A DNA stretch of 64,000 bases from Candidatus Marinacidobacterium sp. GTDB lineage: Bacteria; Acidobacteriota; Vicinamibacteria; Marinacidobacterales; Marinacidobacteraceae. Location: positions 352,001 to 416,000 of the forward strand of contig OZ242011.1 of NCBI GenBank assembly GCA_965204755.1, read 5' to 3'. Each line of letters opens with the position of its first letter. Positions within the stretch are counted from its first letter, which is position 1. The translations under genes were made by a program, and so were the position numbers. The notes below the pieces were generated by a model. It worked only from the letters and a program-made list of their open reading frames with translations, did not search any database and was not told where the DNA came from. Shown here piece by piece: positions 50,300 through 60,130 of this stretch.

Positions 50300-51743
50300 C
50301 CGGCGCCGGTTCGCGGGCCCGAAACGGGCCGGCGCGCGGCGGAGCGCGGAAGCGGCGGGGAATGCCGCGGCCGGTCCGCGGGAGGGGCTTTCGCGGCGGG
50401 AGGTGTTGGCCGGGGCCGCCGGGACTTCGGCGCTGCTGGCCGGCGGGGCCGGGGCGGTGGCTTCGCAGGCGAGGCCCGAGCCGGCGACTCCGGCGGCGCC
50501 GGAACTCTTGGCCGCGCCTCCGATTCCGACGGTGCGGATCGGGTTCGTCGGGGTCGGCGGGATGGGCTCGGTGCATGTGAAGAACCTGTTGGAAGTCGGG
50601 CGGGTGTCTCCCGGAGTCGAGATCCGGGCGGTCTGCGACATCCGCTCCGAACACGCGGAGCGCGCCCGGGAGTGGATCCGCGAGGCGGGCGGGCCCGAAC
50701 CGACCCTCTACACCCGGGGCGAACGCGACTACGAGCGGATGTGCTCGGAGGAGGAACTCGACCTCGTCTTCACCGCGACGCCGTGGCGGTTCCATGCGCC
50801 GGTCTGCCTCGCCGCGATGGAGGCCGGGAAACACGCCGCCACGGAAGTGCCGGCGGCCACGACCATCGAGGACTGTTGGGCGCTCGTGGAGACCGCGGAG
50901 CGGACGCGCCGCCACTGCGTGATGATGGAGAACTGCAACTACGGGCGATGGGAAATGCTGGTCTTCCACCTCGTGCGGCTCGGCGTCCTCGGCGAAGTCC
51001 TGCACGCCGAAGGCGGCTACCTGCACGACCTGCGCGAGGTCAAGTTCTCCGACCGCGGCGAAGGGCTCTGGCGCCGCGCCCATTCCCGGCGGCGGAACGG
51101 GAACCTCTACCCGACCCACGGCCTCGGGCCGGTGGCGAACTGCCTGGACATCGGCCGCGGCGACCGCTTCGACTACCTGGTCTCCATGAGCGGGCCTTCC
51201 CGCGGCCTGCAGGACTACGCGAGGGAGCACTTTCCCGCGGGCGCGCCGGAACGCGGGGAGACCTTCGCCCTCGGCGATGTCAACACGAGCCTGATCCGCA
51301 CCGCCCGCGGGCGGACGATCACCGTAGTCCACGACACGAACCTCCCGCGGCCGTACAGCCGCATCCATTTGGTGCAGGGGACGAAGGGCCTGTTCTCCGG
51401 GTATCCGAACCGGGCGTACATCGAAGGGCGGAGCCCCGAACACCGCTGGGAAGACGCGGAAACCCTGCTCGAGGAATACGAACATCCGCTCTGGCGCGCC
51501 GCTACCGGGGAAGGCGCCGGCGGCGGCCACGGCCGGATGGACTACCTGGAGGACTACCGGCTCGTCCGCTGTCTCCAGGAAGGCCTGCCGACCGAGATGA
51601 ATGTGTACGACGCCGCCGCGCTGAGCGCCGTTACCGACCTGAGCGAACGGTCGGTGGCCGACCGCAGCCGCCCCGCCGACTTCCCCGACTTCACGCGCGG
51701 CGCGTGGGAGCGGTTCCCTCCCCTGCCCGTCGTTACCGGGTAA
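50286..51743 (+). CDS. Gfo/Idh/MocA oxidoreductase, GH109-like
   Basis: SRREVL Tat motif, GFVGVGGMG, ATPW, KHAATEVP, MENC.Y, YPTHGLGP, GGHG.MDY. Confidence 0.9.
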   Translation: MTVADRRRFAGPKRAGARRSAEAAGNAAAGPREGLSRREVLAGAAGTSALLAGGAGAVASQARPEPATPAAPELLAAPPIPTVRIGFVGVGGMGSVHVKNLLEVGRVSPGVEIRAVCDIRSEHAERAREWIREAGGPEPTLYTRGERDYERMCSEEELDLVFTATPWRFHAPVCLAAMEAGKHAATEVPAATTIEDCWALVETAERTRRHCVMMENCNYGRWEMLVFHLVRLGVLGEVLHAEGGYLHDLREVKFSDRGEGLWRRAHSRRRNGNLYPTHGLGPVANCLDIGRGDRFDYLVSMSGPSRGLQDYAREHFPAGAPERGETFALGDVNTSLIRTARGRTITVVHDTNLPRPYSRIHLVQGTKGLFSGYPNRAYIEGRSPEHRWEDAETLLEEYEHPLWRAATGEGAGGGHGRMDYLEDYRLVRCLQEGLPTEMNVYDAAALSAVTDLSERSVADRSRPADFPDFTRGAWERFPPLPVVTG

Positions 51744-51815
51744 CCGCGCGGGGCGCGGCGGCCGCGGCTCGTCGTCCGGCCCGACTCGCCCCCGGCCGTT
51801 CCGGCCGGAGCGCCG

Positions 51816-53276
51816 CTACTCGATCCCCGGCCCCGGACGCGCGCGGAGCGCCGGCGGCGTCGGAGCGACCGCGCCGTTCCGCACCACCCAGTAGCCGTCG
51901 CGGAACACTTCCGCCACATTGGCCAGCGCGCCGAGATCGGTGAGCGGGTCGCCTTCGACGATCAGCAGGTCGGCCAACTTCCCGACCTCGATGGTCCCGA
52001 GTTTGTCGTCCATTCCCAGGATGCGGGCGCTGTCCCGCGTGGCGGCGACGAGCGCCTCCGAAGCGGTGAAACCGGCCTCCCGGTACGCCTCGAGTTCCCA
52101 AATGTAGGCGCGCGGCAGGTCGCGGAAGTTCTCGAGGATGAGATCGGTGCCGACGCCGATGAGGATGCCCGCTTCCTTGAGGCGCCGGAGCATCGCCCGG
52201 CTGATGTCGCCGTCGAGTTCGAACCGGCGCGAAGTCGAGCCGTGGTAACTGCCGCGTTCGTTGAAGATGTAGTCGTAGGTGATGATCGTCGGTACGGACG
52301 CCGTGCCGTACTGCGCCATCATCCGGATCACTTCGTCGGTGCGCGGCAGCGGGTGTTCGATGGTGTCCGCTCCGGCCTCCACCGCCCAGCCGGTGTAGAA
52401 GGTCTCCGAGTCCACGGTCACCTTGAGGCCGAGCGCGTGGGCTTCGTCCACCGCCGCTTCGATCTCTTCCTGACTGTAGTGGCTCGCGACCTTGATGAAG
52501 TCGGCGCCGAGTTTGAACTGTTGGCGCACCGCCTCCCGGAAGCCGTCGGCGCCCGACGCTTCGACGATCCCGCCGTAGAGCGGGTGGTGGATCGACAGAC
52601 CTTCGGCGCCGTGTCCGCCGGTCCCGGTGATCAGCGACCCGGCGGCGAAGACCCGCGGCCCCGGAATCCGGTTCTCGTTCACCCACTCTTTGAGGATGAA
52701 CGGCGCCGTCCCCGCCGAACCGGTATCCCGTATGGAAGTGATTCCCGAACCGAGGAAGACATGCAGCCGCTCCAGCGCGCGCAGCGTGGCGTGGACCGGA
52801 TCTATGGCGAGCGCCTGCGGGACTCCCGGTTCCGTATAAGTGAGATGGGTATGGAGATCGATCAGGCCGGGGAGCACGGTGTGCCCGGCGACTTCGAGCA
52901 CCAGAGAGTCCGCCGGCCAACCGCGCTCGCCGGCGGGCCAGCCGGTCTCCTCCGGCCCGAGCACCGCGGCGATGCGGTTCCGCTCGAAGACCACCGTCGC
53001 GATCTGCGGCTCGGCGCCCGAACCGTCGAACACGAAGCCGCCCACGAGGACGGTCGTTCGATCCGGGCCGCGCTCGCCGGGCGGCGCCGGCACCCGGCGG
53101 GGATCGTCGGAAGTGGGAACCTCGTTCAGGAACGGGCGGCGGTCCACGAGTTGCCGCCCGGTCCCGGGTTGCGCGGCGGCGGACGCCGCGCCGAACACCA
53201 AGCCGAGCGACAACCACCCGGCGGCCCGGCCGACGCCCGCCGGCCGGGCCGAAACCCGGGAAGACCGCGCCGTCAA
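51816..53276 (-). CDS. Secreted metal-dependent amidohydrolase
   Basis: PGLIDLHTHL, GITSIRD.G, TGGHG, GADFIK, GTIEVGKLADL. The TTG overlaps the upstream stop. Confidence 0.85.
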   Translation of the reverse strand: MTARSSRVSARPAGVGRAAGWLSLGLVFGAASAAAQPGTGRQLVDRRPFLNEVPTSDDPRRVPAPPGERGPDRTTVLVGGFVFDGSGAEPQIATVVFERNRIAAVLGPEETGWPAGERGWPADSLVLEVAGHTVLPGLIDLHTHLTYTEPGVPQALAIDPVHATLRALERLHVFLGSGITSIRDTGSAGTAPFILKEWVNENRIPGPRVFAAGSLITGTGGHGAEGLSIHHPLYGGIVEASGADGFREAVRQQFKLGADFIKVASHYSQEEIEAAVDEAHALGLKVTVDSETFYTGWAVEAGADTIEHPLPRTDEVIRMMAQYGTASVPTIITYDYIFNERGSYHGSTSRRFELDGDISRAMLRRLKEAGILIGVGTDLILENFRDLPRAYIWELEAYREAGFTASEALVAATRDSARILGMDDKLGTIEVGKLADLLIVEGDPLTDLGALANVAEVFRDGYWVVRNGAVAPTPPALRARPGPGIE

Positions 53277-54982
53277 ACCTGGTGCATCGTCTTGCCGCCG
53301 ACCACGGTGCGGTGGACGACGATCTGCTTGATCCGGTCGGGGTCGCTCAGGGCCACCTCGTGCGGGTCCTCCTCGAGCATCACGAAGTCGGCCAGTTTGC
53401 CGTTCTCGATGCTGCCCTTGAGGCGCTCCTCGAACGAGGCGTAGGCGCCGTTGATCGTGCCGATGCGGAGCGCTTCGTCCATGTTGACCCGCTGGTTCTC
53501 GCCCCACACCCGGCCTTCGGTGTCCTTCCGGGTCACCATCGCCTGGAGCGCCATCATCGGCTCGTAGGGCCCCGGCACATAGTCCGAGGCGCCCGCGACC
53601 CGGATGTCGTAGTCGAGGAACGACTTGTGGGCGAACATCCACTTCATCTTCTCTGCGCCGTACTCCACCCACTTGTTCCCGTGGTAGTGGACATAGGTCC
53701 AGAACGGGGTCGGGATGGAGCCGGTGTCCCGGATCCGCGCCAGGAGGTCCGGGTTCACGAGGGAGCAGTGTTCGATCCGGTGCCGGGCGTCGCGGGGTGC
53801 GTCGGCGAGGACCTTCTCGTAGGCGTCGAGGACATACCCGATGGTCAGGTCGCCGTTCGCGTGGATCCCGATGTGGAAGTCGTACGCGTGGGACTCTTCG
53901 ACCGCCTCCATGATCTCCTCGGGAGTCATGGTGAGGATGCCGTGGTCGTCGGTGCCCTCGTACGGCGTGCTCATGTACATCGTCCGCCCCGAAGCGGAGC
54001 CGTCCGCGCCGTACTTGACCGCGCCGATCCGCAGCCACTCGTTGCCGAAACCGCGGTGGATCCCCGCCGTCTTGAGCGCGCTGTAGAGGTCGGAAGCGGC
54101 GGAGGCGAAGTAGTACATCCGGTAGCGGAGTTCCCCGGCGGCGTAGGCGTCTTCGAGGGCGCGCAGCCCGTCGGAGTCGCCGCCGGTCTGGTGGACGCTG
54201 GTGATCCCGGCGGCCGTCATGAGTTTCGACATGTGGGCGACGCCCCGGCGGAACTCGTCCCGGCCGTACTCCCGGCGCATCCCCACGCCCCGGAAGACAT
54301 CCTGCGCCTTCTCCTCGACGAGACCGGTCAACTCCCCGTCCGCGTCCTTCTCGAACCTCCCGCCGGGAGGATCGCCGATGTTCCGGTCCACGCCGGCCAT
54401 CTCGAACGCCTTGCTGTTGTACCAGGCGATGTGTCCGCCGCGGTGGGACACCCGAACCGGGTGGTTCGGCGCCGCCTCGTCGAGGTCGTGGCGGTTGATG
54501 CGCCGGTACTCGCCGTTCTCGGTGACCTTGGTGTCGTCGTACTTGAAGCCGTCCACCCAGTAGCCGGCCTCGGTGTCCGCGGCGGCGGCGCGAATGGCGA
54601 GTTTGATGTCCTCGATGGTGCGCACATCGAGGTTCACCTCGAAGAGGTCGCGCATCCCGCCGGGATGGCAGTGGGCGTCGATGAAGCCCGGGACGACGGT
54701 CATCCCCCCGGCGTCCACGACCTCCACGCCCGGGCCGGCGAGGTTCGCGATCTCGTCGTCGCTGCCGACCGCGGAGAAACGGCCGTGCTGCACGGCGAAC
54801 GCTTCGGCGGTCTCCATGGTCTCCGCCCCATCGGCGTACTTCGAGGTGTACACCCGGGCGTTCCGCACGATGAGGTCCGGGCGGGCGGAGCCTCCGGGCG
54901 AACAGCCGGCGGCGGTGGTGAGCCCGGCCGCCGCGGCGGCCCCGCTCAACTTGAGGAACTCGGCTCGGGTCAAGGCCGGCAT
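53273..54982 (-). CDS. Amidohydrolase_3 (YtcJ-like) lipoprotein
   Basis: TRAEFLK Tat-like signal with AAGC, PGFIDAHCH, HANGD, RHRIEH, GASDY. Confidence 0.9.
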   Translation of the reverse strand: MPALTRAEFLKLSGAAAAAGLTTAAGCSPGGSARPDLIVRNARVYTSKYADGAETMETAEAFAVQHGRFSAVGSDDEIANLAGPGVEVVDAGGMTVVPGFIDAHCHPGGMRDLFEVNLDVRTIEDIKLAIRAAAADTEAGYWVDGFKYDDTKVTENGEYRRINRHDLDEAAPNHPVRVSHRGGHIAWYNSKAFEMAGVDRNIGDPPGGRFEKDADGELTGLVEEKAQDVFRGVGMRREYGRDEFRRGVAHMSKLMTAAGITSVHQTGGDSDGLRALEDAYAAGELRYRMYYFASAASDLYSALKTAGIHRGFGNEWLRIGAVKYGADGSASGRTMYMSTPYEGTDDHGILTMTPEEIMEAVEESHAYDFHIGIHANGDLTIGYVLDAYEKVLADAPRDARHRIEHCSLVNPDLLARIRDTGSIPTPFWTYVHYHGNKWVEYGAEKMKWMFAHKSFLDYDIRVAGASDYVPGPYEPMMALQAMVTRKDTEGRVWGENQRVNMDEALRIGTINGAYASFEERLKGSIENGKLADFVMLEEDPHEVALSDPDRIKQIVVHRTVVGGKTMHQV

Positions 54983-55061
54983 GGCGGTGTCCTCCTGGTG
55001 GTCAGGAACAGATGTCGGTTCGGGTCGCGGTAACTCGGTGCTGCTCACCCTCGGGGGCGCA

Positions 55062-58000
55062 TCAATCGCGCTCCGGTCGGGGCGTGAGGCGGGGCGGGCC
55101 GTCGGCGCGGAGCGCCTCGTTCAGGGAAGCGATCTCGGAGCGGACGGCGCCCCAGGCGGAGAGCCGCTCGTCGAGTTCGCTCTCGAAGCCGGCGATCCGC
55201 GCCCGCGTCGCTTCGTCGGGCGCCTCGGTGTAGTTGTCGAGGTTCCGCGCGGCGGCGGCGATGCGGGCGAAGAGCGGGCGGGGCCGCGCGCCGCCGCCCC
55301 GGGCGCCCTCCGCGCGGGACAGCCGGCGCGCCGCCTCTTCCGCCCGCTCGCGAAACGCCGTAACCCGCGCCTTGAGATCGCCGTCCGGCGCCGACTCGAA
55401 CGCCTCCTCGAGGGCCTCCGCCTCTTCGGCGGTGGCCTCCGCCAGGGAGTGCTCCTCATGCATCGTCCCGAGCATTCCCGCGAGCCGGCGGAGCGCGTCG
55501 TAGTTCGCGCGCCGGTCGGCGTCGGAGATGCCGAGCCGGGGATCCTCCCGAACGGTCAGCGCCGCCTCGGCGGAACTCCCGCCCAGCCGGACCCGCGCGG
55601 TGTACGCGCCGGGCAGCGCGCGCGGGCCGGGAGGCGGCGCGCGGAACCCGACCCCGGCGCCGGGAATCGGCGAGTCGTGGCGCAGGTTCCAACTGGCGCG
55701 GTTGAGCCCGGGTTCGACTTCCAACTTCGCCGAGTACACCGCCGACCCGGCGGCCGGCCCGGCGTCGGCGACCACTTCGATCTCCGCTTCGCCGGCCTCG
55801 GCCGCGTAGATGTGGAGCAGCGCCCCTTCCGGCGGATTCTCCGCGACGAAGAACTCGTGCCCGGTGTTCCCCTTGTGGTTGTACATCCGCCAGGCCACCG
55901 CGTCCCGGATCGGGAACAGGTGCGCCTTCTTCTCGAAGACGGCGGCGTCGAGGGTGGAGAGCGGCGCGATGTCGTCGGCGATCCAGATGCTCCGGCCGTG
56001 GGTCCCCAGGATCAGGTCGTTCTCGCGCGGATGGAACGCCAGGTCGTCCACCGGCACGGTCGGGACCTGCCCGCCGATCCGGCGCCAGGTCTCGCCCCGG
56101 TCGAGCGTCACATACGCGCCGAACTCGCCGCCGGCGGCGAGCAGCGAGGGGTTGTCGTGGTGCTCGCGGATCACATTCAGCGCCGCCTCTTCCGGCAGCG
56201 TGGCCGCGAGCGAACGGAAACTCCCGCCGAAGTCTTCGCTGGCGAAGACATAGGTCGCGTAGTCGTCGTTCCGGTGCCCGTCGAGGGTGACATAGACCCG
56301 TCCGGCTTCGTGCGCCGAAGCGATCACGCGGGTCACATAAGTGCGCTCCGGAACGCCGGGCAGGTTCGCGGTGAGGTCCTCCCAAGTCGCGCCGCCGTCG
56401 CGCGTCCGCTGGAGGTTCCCGTCGTCGGCGCCCACATAGATCGTCTGCGGGTCGAGCGGCGAGAGCGCGATGGTGACGATCTGCCCGTAGGTGGAGATCC
56501 CGTCGTTGGCCGAGAGCGTCTCTTCGGTGACCGGTTTCCCCATGATCGGGATCTCGTCCCGGTCGAGCCGTTTGGTCAGGTCCGGCGAAGCCGTCCAGGC
56601 ATCGCCGCGATTCGTCGAGGAGAACAACCGGTTGCCGCCGTAGAGCACCAGGTTCGGGTCGTGGTCGGAAACCACGATGGGACTGTTCCAGTCGAACCGG
56701 TAGGGAGTCTCCTCGTCGTCCGGCTGCGGGCGGATGAGTTTGGTCTCGCCGGTCTTCCGGTTCAGCCGCCGCAGGTTGCCGTTCTGCGACTCGATGTAGA
56801 TGGTGGACGGGTCGCCGGGAACGACCTGCGTGTAGAAGCCGTCCCCGCCGCCGATCCGGAACCAGTCCTCGTTGCTGATGCCTTGCCGGAAGGTCGTCCG
56901 CGACGGGCCGCCCCAACTGCCGTTGTCCTGGAGGCCGCCGTAGACGCCGTAGGGCGTCTCGAGGTCGTAGCCGATCTCGTAGAACTGGCCGAGCGCGATC
57001 GTGTTCACGAAGTCCCAGGTGAGGCCCCGATCCCAGGAGAAGTGGATGCCGCCGTCCGATCCGAGGAACATGTGGTCGGAGTTCGCCGGGTCGATCCACA
57101 GCGCGTGGTGGTCCCCGTGGATCCGCTGCACCCGGTCGGTGACGAAAGTGCGGCCGCCGTCTTCGGAGTTGTACATCCGGGCGCCGAGCACCCAGATGCG
57201 CCGGTCGTTGTTCGGGTCTATGTGGATGTGGCTGTAGTACATCGGGCGCGGGTTGGTGTCGCTCATCCGCTCCCAGGTCAGCCCGCGGTCTTCCGACCGG
57301 AAGACGCCGCCGTCCGCGTTTTCCACGATCGCGTACACGATCCGCGGGTCGCTGCGGTAGATGTCGAGCCCGATCCGTCCGGTGTCGCCTTCCGGCAGCC
57401 CCTCTTCCAGTTTCGACCAGGTGTCGCCGCCGTCCGTCGTCCGGTGGATGCCGCTGCCGGGGCCGCCGCCGGCGAAGCCGTGGGCGCGGCGGCGGCGCTG
57501 GTAGAGCGCGGCGTAGAGGATGTTCGGGCTGCCCTCCTCCATCACCATTTCCACCGCGCCGGTGTTTTCGTCGCGGTAGAGGACGCGCGTCCAGGTCTCC
57601 CCGCCGTCCGTGGTGCGGAAGACGCCGCGCTCTTCGTTCGGCCCCCACAGGTGCCCCAGCGCCGCGACATAAACCGTGTCCGGATCCGTCGGATGGACGA
57701 TCACCCGGCCGATGTGGTGGGTGTCTTCGAGGCCCCGGTGCGTCCAGGTGGTCCCGCCGTCGCGGGAGACATACACGCCGTTCCCCCACGAACTGCTCTG
57801 CCGGTTCGCCGGCTCGCCGGTCCCGACCCAGACCACCTGGGGATTCGACGGAGCGACCGCGACGGCCCCGATGGAGGAAACCGCCTCGTGCTGGAACTGG
57901 GGGGTCCAGGTGACGCCGTGGTTCTCGGTCTTCCACAGGCCCGCCGAGGCGGTGGCCACCCACAGGGTGCGCGGGTCGGACTCCACGACCGCCACATCGT

Positions 58001-58199
58001 CTATGCGGCCGCCCATGATCGCCGGCCCGATGTTGCGCCACTCCAGCCGGTTCAGGACCGAGTCCACCTGCGCCGCCGTCTGCGCGCCGGCCGCCGCCCC
58101 CATCCCGAACGCGGTCCCGAGCGCCAGGCCCAAGGCGGAGCAGAGCGCCCACCGACGCAGCGCGCGGCAGCCGCGCCGCCGTACAGTGAAAGAAGCCAT
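55062..58199 (-). CDS. Secreted BNR/VPS10-type beta-propeller glycosyl hydrolase
   Basis: WRNIGPA.MGGRI and multiple S/T.DGG.TW Asp-boxes. Confidence 0.9.
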   Translation of the reverse strand: MASFTVRRRGCRALRRWALCSALGLALGTAFGMGAAAGAQTAAQVDSVLNRLEWRNIGPAIMGGRIDDVAVVESDPRTLWVATASAGLWKTENHGVTWTPQFQHEAVSSIGAVAVAPSNPQVVWVGTGEPANRQSSSWGNGVYVSRDGGTTWTHRGLEDTHHIGRVIVHPTDPDTVYVAALGHLWGPNEERGVFRTTDGGETWTRVLYRDENTGAVEMVMEEGSPNILYAALYQRRRRAHGFAGGGPGSGIHRTTDGGDTWSKLEEGLPEGDTGRIGLDIYRSDPRIVYAIVENADGGVFRSEDRGLTWERMSDTNPRPMYYSHIHIDPNNDRRIWVLGARMYNSEDGGRTFVTDRVQRIHGDHHALWIDPANSDHMFLGSDGGIHFSWDRGLTWDFVNTIALGQFYEIGYDLETPYGVYGGLQDNGSWGGPSRTTFRQGISNEDWFRIGGGDGFYTQVVPGDPSTIYIESQNGNLRRLNRKTGETKLIRPQPDDEETPYRFDWNSPIVVSDHDPNLVLYGGNRLFSSTNRGDAWTASPDLTKRLDRDEIPIMGKPVTEETLSANDGISTYGQIVTIALSPLDPQTIYVGADDGNLQRTRDGGATWEDLTANLPGVPERTYVTRVIASAHEAGRVYVTLDGHRNDDYATYVFASEDFGGSFRSLAATLPEEAALNVIREHHDNPSLLAAGGEFGAYVTLDRGETWRRIGGQVPTVPVDDLAFHPRENDLILGTHGRSIWIADDIAPLSTLDAAVFEKKAHLFPIRDAVAWRMYNHKGNTGHEFFVAENPPEGALLHIYAAEAGEAEIEVVADAGPAAGSAVYSAKLEVEPGLNRASWNLRHDSPIPGAGVGFRAPPPGPRALPGAYTARVRLGGSSAEAALTVREDPRLGISDADRRANYDALRRLAGMLGTMHEEHSLAEATAEEAEALEEAFESAPDGDLKARVTAFRERAEEAARRLSRAEGARGGGARPRPLFARIAAAARNLDNYTEAPDEATRARIAGFESELDERLSAWGAVRSEIASLNEALRADGPPRLTPRPERD

Positions 58200-58289
58200 G
58201 CGCGTCACCGTCCCGGTCGTCCCCGGTGGTTTCCTGGTTCGCCCCCGCTCCCGCCCGGCCCTCTCCCACCGGGCGAACGGGCGAACGAG

Positions 58290-58328
58290 GATATCAAGCC
58301 TCGATATCAGGCCTCGACATCGGGCCTC
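58290..58328 (+). repeat. 13-bp tandem repeat x3
   Basis: GATATCAAGCCTC GATATCAGGCCTC GACATCGGGCCTC. Confidence 0.8.
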
Positions 58329-58358
58329 CCGGACGCGCGGGCCGCCGCCGGAAGCGGT

Positions 58359-60086
58359 TCAGCGGGTGGCGTCCACCTGCACGGTGACGATGTCCACATC
58401 GTGGTACTTCTGGTGGCGGACCGAACTGGCGTAGTGCCGCAGCAGGCGGAGCGAGACCTCGCTCTCGCCGGCGGACTCGCCGATCTCCGCCAGCAGGGCG
58501 AGCCGGTCCTCGATGTTCGCCTCGCCGGCGGCGGCCACGAATTCCAGTTCCGCCGAGCGCCGGTCGGCGCGGGCGGTGAGCCGCACCTGCCGCTCGGCGC
58601 CGCCGCCCGCCTCCTGGAGCGTCAGCAGCGCCTCCTCCCCGGCGGACCGCAGCCGCTCCGCCGAGCGCCGGTTCCACCGCTTGGCCTCCGCCAGGGCGCT
58701 CAGCAGGTCGTCGGTCTTCGGGCCGGCGGAGTCGAGCGGCGCCGTCAGCGAGCGCCGCCGCGCCCCGGTCCACTCGACGAACAGGGTGAGGACGATCGCG
58801 GCGAGCGCCCCGGTGGCCATCCCGTTCCCGAGCAGTTTGCTCCACCAGTCGCCCAGGCTGTCCGCGAAGATCGCGCCGTTCTGGAAGCCCACGCCCAGCC
58901 AGAAGGAGATGCCGACGATCGTCGCCTTGCGGACATCCATGCCGTCCTGCACCACCATCCGCATCCCGAGGACGAACAGCAGCCCGAGCACGGTCAGCAG
59001 GTAGGCCGCCACCACCGGGTTCGGGATCGCCAGGAAGAACGCCGCGAACTTCGGCAGGAAGGCGGTGCCGACGAACAGGCAGCCGACGAAGACCCCGATG
59101 CGGCTCGCCGCCACGCCGGTGAGTTCGGCCATGGCGATGCTGCTCGAGTAGGTGGTGTTCGGCACCGTGCCGGCGAGGCCCGACAGCAGGTTCCCGGCGC
59201 CGTCCGCGGCCACCGCGCCCTGCACCACCCGGTAGTCCGGCGCCTTCGGCTTGCGCCAGGAGACGCGCTGGATGGCGATGGAGTCGCCCACGGTTTCGAT
59301 CGCGCCGACGAAGGTCACGAAGACGAACGCCGGCAGGAGCGCCCAGAACGCGCCGCCGAAGTCCAGGTCCAGCGCCGGCCAGCCGGCGAACGGCACGCCC
59401 ACCCAGTCCGCCGAGGCGACGGTCTCGAAGTCGTAGATGCCGAACAGCGCGGCCGCCGCCGACCCGAAGAGGATCCCGAGGAACGGCGCCCACAGCCGCA
59501 GCGCCCCGCCGCCGCGCAGGGCGACGCCGGCGATGACGGCGAGCGTCGAGGCGAACACCGCCGGCCCGGCGTACCCCGGCGCGCCGGCGGGAAGGTCGGC
59601 GAGCGCGGAGAACACGATCGGCATCACCGTTACCGCGATCAGCATGATCACCGTCCCGGCGACCACCGGGGTGATGACGCGCCGCAGCCAAGAGAGACGC
59701 GAGGCCAGGGCGAACTGGAAGAGCGAGGAGGCGACCACCAGGGTGGCGAGGAGCCCCGGCCCGCCTTCGACCAGGGCGGTAACCGAGACCGCGATGAAGA
59801 CCCCGGAGGTGCCCATGAGCAGGATGTGCCCCGCCCCGATCCGCCCGACCCGCCTGGCCTGCAGCACGGTGGTGACCCCGCTGACGGCGAGCGCGGCGAA
59901 CACCGCCCAGGACAGGTAGGGCTCGCCGAGCCCGGCCGCCCGGATCACGATCACCGGCGTCAGGACGATCCCGGCCACCATCATCGCCCCGGACTGGAGG
60001 GCGAGCCCGAGCGAAAGGGCGAAGGGCGGACGCTCGTTCGGTTCGTAGAGGATGTCCGCTTCCCGGCGGGCGGCGGCGTCACTCAT
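58359..60086 (-). CDS. NCS2 (xanthine/uracil) permease with a ~135-aa soluble C-terminal domain
   Basis: YEPNERPP, TTVLQA.R.GRIG.G, ITPVVAGTVI, ETVGD, PNTTYSSS, LTGVA. Confidence 0.85.
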   Translation of the reverse strand: MSDAAARREADILYEPNERPPFALSLGLALQSGAMMVAGIVLTPVIVIRAAGLGEPYLSWAVFAALAVSGVTTVLQARRVGRIGAGHILLMGTSGVFIAVSVTALVEGGPGLLATLVVASSLFQFALASRLSWLRRVITPVVAGTVIMLIAVTVMPIVFSALADLPAGAPGYAGPAVFASTLAVIAGVALRGGGALRLWAPFLGILFGSAAAALFGIYDFETVASADWVGVPFAGWPALDLDFGGAFWALLPAFVFVTFVGAIETVGDSIAIQRVSWRKPKAPDYRVVQGAVAADGAGNLLSGLAGTVPNTTYSSSIAMAELTGVAASRIGVFVGCLFVGTAFLPKFAAFFLAIPNPVVAAYLLTVLGLLFVLGMRMVVQDGMDVRKATIVGISFWLGVGFQNGAIFADSLGDWWSKLLGNGMATGALAAIVLTLFVEWTGARRRSLTAPLDSAGPKTDDLLSALAEAKRWNRRSAERLRSAGEEALLTLQEAGGGAERQVRLTARADRRSAELEFVAAAGEANIEDRLALLAEIGESAGESEVSLRLLRHYASSVRHQKYHDVDIVTVQVDATR

Positions 60087-60130
60087 CGCGGCGGCGGAAA
60101 CTACCAGTACGGCGGCGCCGGCGGGCGGCG

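Noticed and set aside
46172-50641. 1489-aa minus-strand ORF
   Set aside because: It is antisense to well-supported genes and has no motifs, as expected for a high-GC shadow ORF.
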